From Octopus sinensis (lineage: Eukaryota): a stretch of 64,000 bases of DNA. Location of the stretch: contig NC_043015.1 of assembly GCF_006345805.1 (NCBI RefSeq), forward strand, positions 51,088,001 through 51,152,000, read 5' to 3'. The position numbers were made by a program, and so were the translations under genes. The notes below the pieces were generated by a model. The model worked only from the letters and a program-made list of their open reading frames with translations. It had not been told where the DNA came from and did no database searches. Within the stretch, counting starts at the first letter, position 1; each line of letters opens with the position of its first letter. Below, piece after piece: positions 28,020 to 41,675 of the stretch.

Positions 28020-28154
28020 GTAAGGATCAATTCTCATTTGTTTGTTTAAAAAAAACAAAAGAAAAAACAGAACAAAACATTTTGTTTTAATAATTGGTTT
28101 GTTGTTTCAACTATAAAGTTAGTTAAATGGGTGACTATTGATTCATCCTGCCTC

Positions 28155-28637
28155 TTAACCCTCTTGATACCAACCCGGCTAAAACTGCCTCTGGTTCTGT
28201 TGTACAAATGTCTTATTACCATAAGTTTTGAATTAAAATCTTCCACCAAACCTTAGTCACAATTTATGTTCCAAACACTAGCTTAATGATAAGCAGGTTA
28301 TTTTACTAAATTCTTGGTTATATTTAAAATTAATTGAAAGAAATACAGAGCATCTCAACAGAAATACGGTAACAGAACGGTTAAAATATATAATAGAGAA
28401 ACAATTCTTAACCTTTTCAATACCAACCTGGCTGAAACCAGCTCTGGTTCTGTAGTACAAATGTCTTGTTTTCTTAAGTTTTGAATAAAAATCTTCCACC
28501 AAACCTTAGTTACAATTTATAATCCTATCACTAGCTTAATGATAACCAAGTTATTTTACTAAATTCTTTGTTATATTTAAAATTAATCGAAAGAAACACA
28601 GAACATCTCAAAAGAAATACAGTAATGAAAGGTTTAA
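28155..28637. mobile_element. piggyBac-like MITE dimer
   Basis: Same unit and same 23-bp spacer, period 253. Confidence 0.8.
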
Positions 28638-29129
28638 TATCAGAGGGTCAATTAAGGCAGTGAGGTGGCTGGATTGTTAGTAAATTGGACAAAATGCTTA
28701 GTGGCATTACGTGCCTTTAGGTTTGGTTTCAAATTCTGCTTAAGTTAACTTTGTCTTTCATCCTTTCAGGGTCAATAAAATAAGTACCATTTGAACACTT
28801 GGGTCAATGTAATCAACTTACCCACTCCCTCAAATTTGCTGGCCTTGTGCCAAAATTCGAAAGCAGTATAATAGGATCAGTTGTTTGACTTTCTGTGTCC
28901 AAAGTTAAGGTATCAATGATAGCATTATTGACATTTCCTGAGATAATCTGATATATGTTCCCTATTACTGATGGACAAATAATGCCGACCAGTGGTTCAC
29001 AGTTGGATCTATATGACTTCTGGGGATTCTGTGTAATATTTTGGGGTGTTCGTGCAAGCAAAGTAGTAAATTGAAGATCCTCATTAGTATTTTAAGGGTT
29101 TTAATTTTGCTTCAGATGTCATCATGATC

Positions 29130-29520
29130 ATCATCATCGTTTAACGTCTGCTTTCTATGCTAGCATGGGTTGGACGATTTGACTGAGGACTGGTGAACAA
29201 GACGGCTGCACTAGGCTCCAATCTTGATCTGGCAGAGTTTCTACAGCTGGATGCCCTTCCTAATGCCAACCACTCCGAGAGTGTAATGGGTGCTTTTACG
29301 CGCCAATGGCACGAAGGTCAGTTAGACAGTACTGGCAACAGCCACGCTCAAATGGTGATGACCTTGCTTGAATGTTTTTCATGTGCTACTGGCACAAGTG
29401 CCAGTAAGGTGACGCTGGTAACGATCACACTCGGATGGTGCTTTTTACATGCCACTAGCCAGAAGCCAGTTAGCTGCTCTGGCAATGATCATGCTTGGAT
29501 GGTGCTCTTTGCAAAAGACA
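29130..29520 (-). mobile_element. RTE 3'UTR with tandem subrepeats (related copies: 15717-15935 -, 17440-17580 -, 30400-30772 +, 30830-31090 +, 37445-37860 -, 52600-52885 -, 55475-55646 +, 61725-61970 -, 63515-63830 -)
   Basis: (CAT)n tail + CAGCTGGATGCCCTTCCTAA core + GTGCTTTT.ACGTGCCA repeats. Confidence 0.85.
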
Positions 29521-31094
29521 GCTAGGTTTCTTTCTCTAATACTCTATGTAGTTCACCACATTTCCAGTCATTGAAACCTGTTCTCTCAGACAGCGCTATT
29601 GCTAATGTATGCAAACAAAAGTGTTAAAAACAAAAGAGGAACTTTTGAAATAAGTATCTATGAAACTAGTTATTAAACATTGAATGACTCTGGGGGTCCA
29701 CCAGAATAAAATACCAACCAAAGGGGTCCATAGTTAAAAAAATAGATGGCTGAGAACCAGATATAGACATCAATATGACACACTTAATGTGTGTGCATTG
29801 TTAAATGCTGTGAAGCTGCAGTATTTATCTGAGGTAGGCCCCTTTAAAGACAGCTGTGTCTAAAAACACAGTATACTTCAAGCTAGATGCAATAAATTGC
29901 CCCAGAAGTAAAATAGAGTGATAATAAATGTACCATTTGCCGATCTGTTATAACATCAACAAGTTCCAAGTGGCTATGAATGACAGCTCAGTATCAATAG
30001 CTGATGACACACAATGACGTAGAAATGCATATCCTATGGTCCAGTTTTGTCATTCATTACCCAATGAGGTGTTTACCACACATAGTGCTTATAAGAATTT
30101 TTCTCATGAGATAATTTCTGCAGCATATGTCCTTCCATGTCTGATTGTATGCAAATATGATAAACATGATTGTACACTCCTATGTAGGATACATGAATTT
30201 TACGTGGGTGCCATGACTCATCTGTAATGCAAGGAAAATGAATATCACAGTATATATGTAGATATGATATATATAGCATGATACATGGTACATATGTGCA
30301 TACCATTGGCAGAACTGCTGCACCCTTTAGTCAACCATTTATGTCAGTATTAAATAGTGCTTTTTACATGGCACAAGCATAGGCGAGGTCAGTTTTGGCA
30401 AGGTTTTTACAGAAGGGCATCCAACTGTGAAAACCTTGCCAAAACTGACCTCGCCTGTGCTTGTGCCATGTGAAAAGCACTACTAACCTCACCTGTACTT
30501 GTGCCACGTAAAAAGCACTGCTGCTCACTTCACCTGTGCATGTGCCACATAAAAAGCACCATTCACCTCACTTGTGCTTGTGCCACGTTAAAAGCATCAA
30601 GTCCACTCTACGGGGTAGTTGGTGTTAGGAAGGGCATCCAGCTGTAAAAACCTTACCAAAACAGTCACAGACGTCTGGTGCAGGATTCTGTCTGGCCAGC
30701 TCTTGTGAAACCATCCCACCCATGCTAACATGAAAGGTGGTTGTTAAACAATGGAAAACGATGATGATGGTGGTTGCTGCCATATGCATCTCATAATGTG
30801 GGAAGATGTAATTGTAAGTCTAATACAAAATATAGAATAGGGGACTCCTGGTGGTTTGCTGTGCTTGAGAAGACATGTCGAAATTAAGTAAAAGTGTGGT
30901 TGTCCTTGCATACAAGCATGTCCTCTGCTGAGCATTCCTAATCTTGCAGGTTTATGGGCATCGAGCTGTAAAAACTATGCCAAAATAGACATGGGGCCTT
31001 GACAGCTCTGCAGCTGATCAGCTCCTGTCAGGACTGTCCAACCCATGCCAGCATGGAAAACGAATGTTAAGTGATGGTGATGATGACGATGGTG

Positions 31095-31328
31095 AAGGCG
31101 GCAAGCTGGCAGAAATGTTAGCACGCCGGGCGAAATACTTAGCGGTGTTTCATCTGCTGCTACGTTCTGAATTCAAATTCCGCCAAGGTCGACTTTGCCT
31201 TTCATCCTTTCGTAGTCGATAAAATAAGTACCAGTTACGCACTGGGGTCGATATAATCGACTTAATCCATGTGTCTTTCCTTGTTTGTCCTCTCTGTGTT
31301 TAGCCCCTTGTGGGTAGTAACGAAATAG
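31095..31328 (+). mobile_element. SINE family B, full length (tail type 1)
   Basis: GGCGGCAAGCTGGCAGAAATGTTAGC head through GTAGTAACGAAATAG tail. Confidence 0.9.
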
Positions 31329-31512
31329 ATGATGATGATGGTGGACTATGGCTGTTATGTGAAAATAATACAGGTTAATATCATGGTATGTATGTCTGTT
31401 TTAGAGGGGTACTTTGGCCTGTCTATGAACCAACAAATATATATGTTAGTATGTATGTGTATAAGATGAGTAGCTGTTCCGTACTGCTGTTGTGTTGCTG
31501 TAATTTTTGTCT

Positions 31513-31740
31513 TTAAACCTTTAGCATTCAGATCACCCTGTCAAATGGAAGCCCTATTTATTCTCATTGCTATGAATTAATCGTTCTTTATCTTATAGCT
31601 TCATGATTTCAATGATGTTATTGTTTATTTCTGGCATGGCATTGTAGGTCAGGTGTGACAGGTTGGATCAGGCTGGTATGAACATAAAACAGGTAGAATA
31701 TTTTGGCCGGATGTGACTAGTTTGAATACCAAAGGGTTAA
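31513..31740. mobile_element. Second piggyBac-like MITE family (also 63096-63330, 48373-48875 interrupted, 36600-36715 partial)
   Basis: TTAA-(C)CCTTT ... AAAGGG-TTAA termini. The 63096 copy is the same sequence in opposite orientation. Confidence 0.75.
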
Positions 31741-32360
31741 ATCAGATATTAAGGTGGGAGTTGAGACGTAATGTTTGTATAAATTGTTAAGATGTTTTCA
31801 TTTTCACCATCGACAGTGACACGGCTATCTACTTTGGAAAAACAAACAAACAAAGCAAACAAACAAACATAAAACAAAACTAAATATGATGAGATGTCAT
31901 TGACTCCGGATGTGTGGGATAAATTCAAAGATATCTTTGATGTCATCAACAAATATAAGAAAAATTTGCGATAGATTTCTAGTGTCATGAATTCCATTCA
32001 AAAAATAGAAAACTACCACCATTGAAAACCAAATACAATTTACAGTAATTCGTTAAATGTACTTTCATTAGATATCTTAATTCACTTCTAATTGTTGTTT
32101 TTACTTTCTATGGTTCTATTGAAAGGAGAAAGATAATTTGGTGTTTACTGTTTATTCTCATTTGATAAATTCTTATCAGTGATATTTATACCACACCGGT
32201 AAAAATGAATGCCTAGAATCTAATTAATTATTTTAACGACTTGTGTGTTTTGTTTCCTTGAATTTTGTTTTCTTTAGTAAGTGGTTGGGTTTTTGTAATT
32301 TAGTGTAGTTTTGATAAGGGTTTTCAGAGTTAGGAGCTCGCTTGCTTTCTTACTTACTAG

Positions 32361-32415
<55 letters not shown>

Positions 32416-32703
32416 TATACACATACATACATACACTCTCATATGTATATGCACACACACATGTATATACATATACTCACATATATATATGCACGCACAC
32501 ATACACACACATATATACATGTATATATACCTACATATATATGTGAGTGTTTGTGTATCTATGTGTGTATGTGTATGCACATATACATATATAAATGTGT
32601 GTGTTTGTATATATATATACATCTACATACATGTGTATATGTGTATACACACACACATATATGTATATGTGAATATGTGTTCCTGTGTTTAATATATATA
32701 TAT

Positions 32704-32746
<43 letters not shown>

Positions 32747-32789
32747 TTACAAGTGTGTGTGAATGAGTATGTATGTATGTATGTATGCA

Positions 32790-33290
32790 CGGTTTCTAAA
32801 CTGTCATATGTCTGGAGTGGCTCACAGATAAACTGGCAAAATTTATGTTGGAAACTGCAAAGACTTAATCTTAAGTCATGTGATTCTAGGTGCAGGAAAT
32901 AACTGATTACCTGAAGCTGTATATGTTTAGGGTTACCGAGTGCCAAGAGGAGGGGTTTTCTGTGGATTTGATTGATAGCTGTTACTTCCGTTGGGTTTAA
33001 ATCAAACAATCTTTTGGATAAACTTTAATCAGATTCATAAATCAGTCCTGCTGTACTCAATGAAATTTCTAAGGAACTGGTCGTTAGGAGTTTGAAAATT
33101 GTAAGAGGAAAAATATTCTGTGATGCTAAGTGAGCTCCCATGAGGGGTGGTTTTGTGATGGGTAAGATGTTAACTTGTGAGATTACGCTGGGCTTTTGTT
33201 TGTTTTAGGCGCACTAGAAAGGAATTTATGCGGTCTTGTTCTTACTTGAACTAAACAGGATATGCGTGTAGTTCTATTGGTTAATCGCAA
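32790..33290 (-). pseudogene. Possible decayed Penelope-like ORF C-terminus (GIY-YIG-like)
   Basis: Frameshifted minus-strand peptides ELHAYPV.., STAGLIYESD.., TQRKLQLSIK, HRK.. resemble the PLE RT-to-GIY-YIG layout. Many stops. Confidence 0.3.
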
Positions 33291-34399
33291 ACTTTCTAAG
33301 AGCATTAACTGTTTTGTTGCCATATTTCCATTAAAATACGCTGTCTTTGTTTCATTTAATTCTGAAATTAACGGAGAATTTTGTAAAATAATTTTGCTGT
33401 TATTAAGCTGGTGACTGGAACATAAATTAACCCATTGCTTGCCATGAGCCCCATTTGGGGATCTGTTAAAAACAGTCTTACTGCTGGTTGTTTAAAGTGA
33501 ATTGCTTATGTGAATTGTATTTGCAGAGGTGTGTTTAACAATATTTAGTAGTTAAAAGTGTGTCATTATTAGCTCTGGCTAATTCTAAAGGACATTTTAT
33601 GGCATAAATCGCAAGTTTTGAGCTACAAAGATATCGACTGTTTTGAAGACTTTTTTTTTCTATTTCCCATCTATATCATTGATTGATATTTCATACACAT
33701 TCGCATTTTATACTATAGATTTTAAAAAAAGCTAAAATGTTTATTATTGCAATTGAATGGAAAATGATAAATATGCTGTTTTTCACCAATTCCCATTTGG
33801 GACTTTTTGAAAAATTTATTATAATTTCCAAAATAATTTACGTGAAGAAAATTTGGATCGTTTCCTTTGAACCCTAAAGCTAAAACCAGTACAAACGCAT
33901 GAACAATGTCATAAATAACAGTGACAAACGGAAAATATGCCAACGATAGTTGTTGACAAACAAGGGCAGTGATTTTATTCAGCTGAATACACGTCATTGA
34001 TTGGTTAAAATTACCGAAATATGACCACTTTAACACAAAATAACTTTGAAAATACAAACTGTTCTCAACAACACTAAGTGTAAAAGATGTTTAATATGAC
34101 ACATTCTACCAGTGTCCGAAGTTTGAAAGTGTTTAGTTACAGAAAATTAATTTCTCGATCTGCCGTTGAAAGGGAAAAGATCTGAAAATTTAAATACCTT
34201 ATATTATTTAAACTCTTAAGAGACCTGGCAAAGCAAAAAAAAATATGAATAAAAACATTTAGTAGTTAATGGGTTAAGACAAAAGCTTTAATGGTAGATT
34301 TTAATTAAGATCACTTCAGTTTTAAAACAGGAAGCTTGTATTATAAAACTGGGGGACAGTCTCAAATGAGTTTCAGAACATATAAAGTAATATAATCTT

Positions 34400-34593
34400 T
34401 CTACTGTAGGCTCAGGGCCTGAAATTTTGGGGGAGGGGTGTAGTCAATTACATTGATCCCAGTGCTTTACTGGTACTTAATTTATCGACCCCTAAAGGAT
34501 AAAATGCAAAGTCGACCTCAGCAGAATTTGAACTCAGAACTTAACGACAGGTGAAATACGGCTTAGCATTTTGCCTAGTGTGCTAACAATTCT
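34400..34593 (-). mobile_element. SINE family B (tail type 2); further copies 28655-28862 (+), 45128-45320 and 45325-45500 (-)
   Basis: Shared GTACTTAATTTATCGACCCC..GCAAAGTCGACC block. Confidence 0.8.
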
Positions 34594-34598
34594 GCACA

Positions 34599-35190
34599 CC
34601 AATGTTCAAAGGTCGTGCTTCATCACCTCATCCCATGTCTTCCTGGGTCTACCTCTTCCACAGGTTCCCTCAACTGATAGGGTGTGGCACTTTTTCACAC
34701 AGCTATCCTCATCCATTCTTGCCACATGACCATACCAGCGCAGTCATCTCTCTAGCACATCACACCTGATGCTTCTTAGGTCCAACTTTTCTCTCAAGGT
34801 ACTTACACTCTGTCTAGTATGCACACTGACATTACACATCCAGTGTAGCATACTGGCTCCATTCCTTGTGAGCTTACACATGTCCTCAGCAGTCACGGCC
34901 CATGTTTCACTGCCATGTAGCATGGTTGTTTGTACACATGCCTCATACAGTCTACTTTTTACTCTGAGTGAGAGGCCCTTTGTCACCAGCAGAGGTAAGA
35001 GCTCTCTGAACTTTGTCAAAGGCTATTCTTATTCTAGCAGCTACACTTTCAGCGCAACTCTCCCCTGCTAGTGACTTGGTCACCCAGGTAACGGAAGGTA
35101 TCAACTGCTTCTAATTTTTCTCCCTGGAAATTGGCGGAAGTTGTTCTCTGCACATTTTCAGTGTTTATAGTTCCTGAGCATCTGTTACGT
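34599..35190 (-). mobile_element. RTE-clade LINE ORF C-terminal fragment
   Basis: GEKLEAVDTFRYLGDQV.., KFRELLPLLVTKGLSLRVKSRLYEACVQTTMLHGSETW.., LRWYGHVARMDEDSCVKKCHTLSVEGTCGRGRPRKTWDEV. Confidence 0.9.
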
Positions 35191-35521
35191 GTGGCGTGAG
35201 GCTGTTTGATAAGAGGAGGACTGAGGACTTGCTGGGTTGGAGGAATCAGTGGAACGGTTTGCAAGGGTGAATGGATGTGGTGGTAAAGGGCATGTTTTGA
35301 GGAGGGATGAGGGGCATGTTCTGAAGAAGGTGTTAGAGTTTGAGGTAAATGGACAGCAAAAGTGAGGTAGATTGAAGAAAATATGGACGGGACAGGTGGA
35401 GGAGGAAAACTGGGCAAGATGGTGAGATGGTATGAGGGTGGTTGCTATGGCATTGAGGTAGATCTGGCCACCCCCGTTAACGAGGACAAAACCCGGATTT
35501 TAAATGATGGATGATGATGAT
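35191..35521 (+). mobile_element. Second RTE-clade family, 3' end
   Basis: GHVLRRDEGHVLKKVLEFEVNGQQK*GRLKKIW.. ending IWPPPL and a (GAT)n tail. Confidence 0.75.
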
Positions 35522-35530
35522 ATATGTATA

Positions 35531-35882
35531 TACAGGGTGCAGTGAATATACTGTTGTCTAAATTACACAAAAATTCAAACAACACTGACATCTCATTTTT
35601 ATAGATATATTTACCAAAATTGCATAAAAATGTCTTGAAATACTAAAGAGTAAATTTGTTCAATAAATACACTATTGGCTTCAACCACAGCCTCCAGAAG
35701 ACTTCCGAATCTCCTGCAACTCTTCTGGACAGTCTCCTTGTTTAAGTTGGTGAATGCTGCCATAATCTATGCCTTCAATTCATCTTTGGTGTTACAAGGA
35801 GTTTTGTTGATCTTTCACTCAACTGTGCCCCACACATAATAATCAAGAGGGTTACAGTCTGGGGAGTTAGGTGGCCAGATGT
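35531..35882 (-). mobile_element. maT/DD37D-type mariner transposase C-terminus with TIR
   Basis: IWPPNSPDCNPLDYYVWGTV..TPCNTKDELKA*IMAAFTNLNKETVQKSCRRF..EAVVEAN. Terminus TACAGGGTG. Confidence 0.85.
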
Positions 35883-35931
35883 TACGTACCGGTGGCACGT
35901 AAAAACCAACTGATTGTGGCCGTTGCCAGCC

Positions 35932-36031
35932 NNNNNNNNNNNNNNNNNNNNNNNNNNNNNNNNNNNNNNNNNNNNNNNNNNNNNNNNNNNNNNNNNNNNN
36001 NNNNNNNNNNNNNNNNNNNNNNNNNNNNNNN
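35932..36031. other. Assembly gap (100 N)
   Basis: Exactly 100 N, typical of a placeholder scaffolding gap. Confidence 0.99.
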
Positions 36032-36340
36032 TTGGGAAATAATGGCCAAATATGAAGAGGGCCATCAGGAATCTTTCCTCTAAAATAAATCCAAACATCG
36101 ATAGCTTAAATGACCTGATTTATTTAGAAGCCAGAAGAGATCAATGGAAATTAGGTTTGGACCCTAATGGAACGAGGCACCCCCACACACCATACACACA
36201 CATGCACACACACATACACACATCACTCCTCACACACACACACGCACACACACATACATACACACACACTCACACACACACACTCATACACACACACTCA
36301 CACACACACACACATACACACACTCATACACACACACACT

Positions 36341-36385
<45 letters not shown>

Positions 36386-36505
36386 AAGAATAAAATAGAA
36401 AAAGAAAAAGGAAAGGAAGTGTATAATTCAAGATTGATGAAAAGAGAGGTCTTTTTATTATTCAGTTTAATATTATGAGAGAGGAAGAGAGAAAGGTAGA
36501 TAGAT

Positions 36506-36536
<31 letters not shown>

Positions 36537-38430
36537 ATATGTAATATGTAATTAGCTGTAATTATATTTTTGGTAACACTTAAACCTAACATTAAACTAA
36601 CTCTCCAACATTTAAACTGGCCATATTTGGATGAGATATTTTGCCTGTTTTCCGTTCAAACCGGCCAGATCTGGCCTCTTGTACCTAACCTATAATATCA
36701 AATTAAAAATGTCTCTGTATATATATATATGTGTGTGTGTGTGTGTAATTAGCCTGTCCACCAAATCAATGGGATGGTATAATCCAAAAAAGCTCCAACT
36801 GTGTGAGGAAGAGGTTCGAGACCAGCAGTATATAACCATGTCCAACAGTCTGGCTGACATAGTGATATGTGTGTGTGTGTGTGTGTGTGAGTGTATCTAT
36901 CTATCTCTCCGTCCGTCTGTCTGTCTATCTATCTGTCTGTGTGTCTATCTCTCTGTTTCTCTCTCTCTATCCTATATCCATCCATCCATCCCTCTATCCG
37001 TTCATCCGTCCGTCTGTCCGTCCGTCTGTCCGTCCATCCGTCCGTCCGTCTGTCTGTCTGCCTGTCTATCTATCTATAGCTTTGTTTCTCTCTGTCTCTC
37101 TTTCTATCTATCCATCCATCCACCCTTCCATCCATCTGTCCCTCTGTCCGTCCATCCATCCGTCTGTCTGTCTACCTACCTCCCTGTTTCTCACTCTCTC
37201 TTTCTCTCTCTCTCCATCCATCCATCCATTCGTCTGTCTGTCTATAAGATAACAAAGGCAGCTACAAGCAATATAAAACCAAAAACAAAAGAATCACTTG
37301 TCATTAATTGTGACTGAGGGTGCCAGGTAACACCTATATTGCTAGAAATAAGAGTTAAAATCTCTTAGAACCACAAGAAAGCACATTTTCATATACTGAC
37401 AGGGGAGATAACCATCTCGTGAATCATATATGTATATGACTGAGGTCTGGCGAAGCAGATGGCTGCACCCGACTCCAGTCTGATCTGGCAGAGTTTCTAC
37501 AGCTGGATGCCCTTTCTAACGCCAAACACTCCAAGAGTGTAGTGGGAGTTTTTATGTGCCACCGGCATGAGGGCCAGTCAGGTGGTACTGGCAACGGCCA
37601 CACTCAAATGGTGCTTTTTATGTACCACCTGCATAGGAGCCAGTCCAGCAGCACTAGCAATGACTTTGCTCGAATTTTTTTCCACGTGCCACCAGCACAA
37701 GTGCCAGTAAAGCAATGCAGGTAACGATCACACCCGAATCGTACTTTTTATGTGCCACTGGCATGGCAGCCAGTTTGTTTCTCTGGTAATGATCATGCTC
37801 GGATGGTACTCTTAGTGCTCCACTAGCACGGATGCCAGTCATCGAATTTGATTTCAATGTCACTTGCCTAAGCAGGTCTTTGCAAGCAGAGTTTAGTAGC
37901 AAAAAGTGACCGATAGAATAAGTACTAGGCTTACAAAGAATAAGTCCTGGGGTTGATTTACTCGACTAAAGGCGGTGCTCCAGCATGGCCACAGTCAAAT
38001 GACTGAAACAAATAAAAGAATAAAAGAATAATACATTACAGCAGATTAATCAGAAAGTAAATAAAGATAACAATGGAAGAGAAACCGAGAAAAATAGAGG
38101 TGGCACTAGCAAAATCAATCAATACAGAGATCAATGGAATTACTTTCTCCCCACTCATGCTGGGAAATAATGGCCAAATAGAATGAAGACCACCAGGAAA
38201 TTCCTTCCTCTGAAATAAATCCAAACATCAATAACTTAAATGACCTGATTTATTCAGTAGCCAGAAGAGAATCAAAGGAAATTAGGTTTGGACGCTAATG
38301 GAATAAGGGATGCCACCAACAGATATGAGCCCCAAAGAATTTTTTACAAATTGGATGAAAATATGTTGTTATTCTCAATTGGTATATTTGGACCTCTTCA
38401 ATTATATTGGTGTTTAGTATTGACCATTCT

Positions 38431-39163
38431 TTAACCCTTTCAATATCAACCTGGCTGAAACCAGTTCTGGCTCTGTAGTACAAATGTCTTGTTTTCATAA
38501 GTTTTGAATTAAAATCTTCCACCAAACCTTAGTCACAATTTATGTTCCTAACACTAGCTTAATGATAACCAGGTTATTTTACTAAATTCTTTGTTAAATT
38601 TAAAGTTAATTGAAAGAAATACAGAGCATCTCAACAGAAATATGGTAACAAAAGGCTTAAAATATATAATAGAGAAACAATTCTTAACCCTTTCGATATC
38701 AACTTCGTTGAAACCAGCTCTGGCTCTGTAGTATAAATGTCTTGTTTTCAAATGTTCTGAATTAAAATCTTCTACTAAACCTTAGTTACAATTTATGTCT
38801 CTAACACTAGCTTAGTGATAACTAAGTTATTTTACTAAATTCTTTGTTATATTTAAAATTAATTGAAAGAAATACAGAGCATCTCAACAGAAATATGGTA
38901 ACAAAAGGCTTAAAATATATAATGGAGAAACAATTCTTAACCCTTTCGATATCAACCTTGCTGAAACCAGCTCAGGTTCTGTAGTCTAAATGTCTTGTTT
39001 ACATAAGTTTTGAATTAAAATCTTCCACCAAACCTTAGTCACAATTTATGTTCCTAACACTAGCTTAATGATAAGCAAGTTGTTTTACTAAATCCTTTGT
39101 TTTTATTTAAAATTAATTGAAAGAAACACAGAGCTTCTCAACAGAAATATGGTAATGAAAGGG
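38431..39163. mobile_element. piggyBac-like MITE trimer
   Basis: Three units, period 253, same spacer twice (one substitution). Confidence 0.8.
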
Positions 39164-39736
39164 AGAATGAGCAACTATGTTGGCAGCTTAGGTTAAGAAT
39201 GTAGTTCTTTAAAGTGTGTAATTTGCTGTCTAAGATCAGTGACTTGGGTGAGAAGGAGTCTGCTAGACTAGATCCTGGAGAAGGTTGTAGGAGAAAATTT
39301 ATTATGTTAAGCTATGGGTTGTGGTAAGGAGGGGTTCATAAAACAATTAAGGATAAGGGGGAAGAAAAAGGTAAAGAAATCAAATGTAAAGGTGAAAGAA
39401 GAATAAAAATAAAAATCATAATAATGATGTATACCACTACAACTGGTAAACAGAAATGATTGTAAATGTACTATTACTACCATTTTTCTTTATTAATTAA
39501 TTAACTTAATGGCTTACTAATGCAATCAACCAACTTCTTGCTTTTATTTTACCTCCATTTTCTTCTTGCATATAATTTAAACTACGGTTTACCTGCTGAA
39601 TTACCTGCTACCGCATACCTTTTACCAAGGACTGTACCTACGCAGGTAATCACCAGGAGTGCCTTTGGATTTAACCATCCCTTAGAGGTTTTAAACACCT
39701 CTAACTTATACCTGTATATATATATATATATATATA

Positions 39737-39912
39737 TACTCTTTTACTCATTTCAGTCATTTCACTGCGGCTATGCTGGAGCACCGCCTTTAGCCGAACA
39801 AATTGATCTCAGGACTTGTTCTTTGGAAGCCTAGTCTCTTTTTGCCGAGTAGCTAATTTATGGGTATCGGCTGTCAAGTGATAGTGGGGGAGGGACAAAC
39901 ACACACACACAC

Positions 39913-39956
<44 letters not shown>

Positions 39957-40120
39957 ATATAGTGAGCTTCTTTTAGTTTCTGTCTACCAAATCCACTCAC
40001 AAGGCTTTGGTCAGCCTGAGGCTATAGTAGAAGACACTTGCCTAAGGTGTCATGCAGTGGGACTGAACCCAGAACCATGTGGTTGGTAAGCAAGCTACCT
40101 ACCTCGCAGCCACTCCTGCA
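39737..40120 (-). mobile_element. SINE family A
   Basis: Reverse copy inserted in (TA)n. Confidence 0.85.
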
Positions 40121-40676
40121 CACACACACACACACACATATATATATACATACACACACACACAGAAGTGTTTTCTTTGTTGGCCATAATTCCTTGATAT
40201 TGAACTAAATAGCAATCGACAGATCAAATATTTTAATGAAACAGAACAACAAATATTTGTAGTATTGTTAATTGGTTGAGATAAATGTTTTCATTATAAA
40301 TTTATTTATATGCTTGTAATGTATAAGAATGTATGTGTGTGTGTTCCAATCAAAAAAGGTTGTCTTATGATGTGTCTGTTACAGAAATCTTATTTGAAAA
40401 CTTTTAATTGAAGTCTGTTCATTTCGGGTTTTACGAGAATCTATTTAATACCATCTGATGTATTTGATGCTGTTTGCTGCTGTTGTTGTTGTTCTTGTTA
40501 CTACTCTCTGCATTGTGTGTCTGTGTGTATCGATGGGGATGTGTGTGTGAACGTATTCTGGCTTCATACACACACACACACACACAAACAGATATATACA
40601 TGAATCTGTTTGTGTATGATGGTGTTATGTTCTTTCAGTGTCCATATATATATGTACCTATAAACATACATATATA

Positions 40677-40711
<35 letters not shown>

Positions 40712-41644
40712 GTCTATCTATATATATACTATATATGTGTATATATATATGTATATGTATATATATTGTATATCTATATATGTATATGTATATATATATA
40801 TATGTATATATATAGTGTGTGTGTATATATATGTATATATATATGTATATGTTATATATATATATATGTATATATATATATGTATATATATATGTATATA
40901 TATATATGTATATACATATATGTATATATATGTATATGTATATATATATATGTATATATATATGTGTGTGTATATATATATGTATATATATATGTATATA
41001 TATGTATATATATGTATATGTTATATATATATGTATGTATATATATATGTATGTGTATGTATATAGGTATGTAAGTCTATATATATGTATGTAAACACAC
41101 ATACACACACATATATATTGAGAAAAAATGAGAGAGATAGACAGGTAGATGTGTGTGTGTGTATGTGTGTGTGTGTGTGTGTGTGTGTTTTGTATCATTT
41201 TAATTACAAAGAGGAGAGCAAACAAAAAGCAACAACTTATTAATGTCTTGAGAAAAATTTGATTTCATTAGCGGAAGAACATAAGTTTAGAAACCAAATT
41301 GAATAACAAAAGGAACCTTGTGAAAATGGTGAGAAGAATATGCTTAGCCCAAAACAACACACCTTCACACACTGACACACATACTATCTCTCAGTCTCCA
41401 CACACACACACACACGTGTATGTGCTCATCTCTGTTGGTAAGCAACACATTTACATACACAGGCAACTCTTCTTAATATCCCTTTTCTTTTCTGTCTTTG
41501 TTGGTGTCTGTCTGTCTTTCAAAATTTACGTGTGTGTCTGTATGTATGTGAGTGTGTGTGTATAACTATCTATCTGTTCGTTTGTCTATCTGTCTGTTTC
41601 TCTACATTTATATATATGCGTATATATAAATGTATGTGTGTGTG

Positions 41645-41675
<31 letters not shown>

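Noticed and set aside
29994-30040. CTGATGA..GAAA-TGCA-TA hammerhead-like string
   Set aside because: Stem II closing pair is a C-A mismatch and stem I does not pair next to the cut site.
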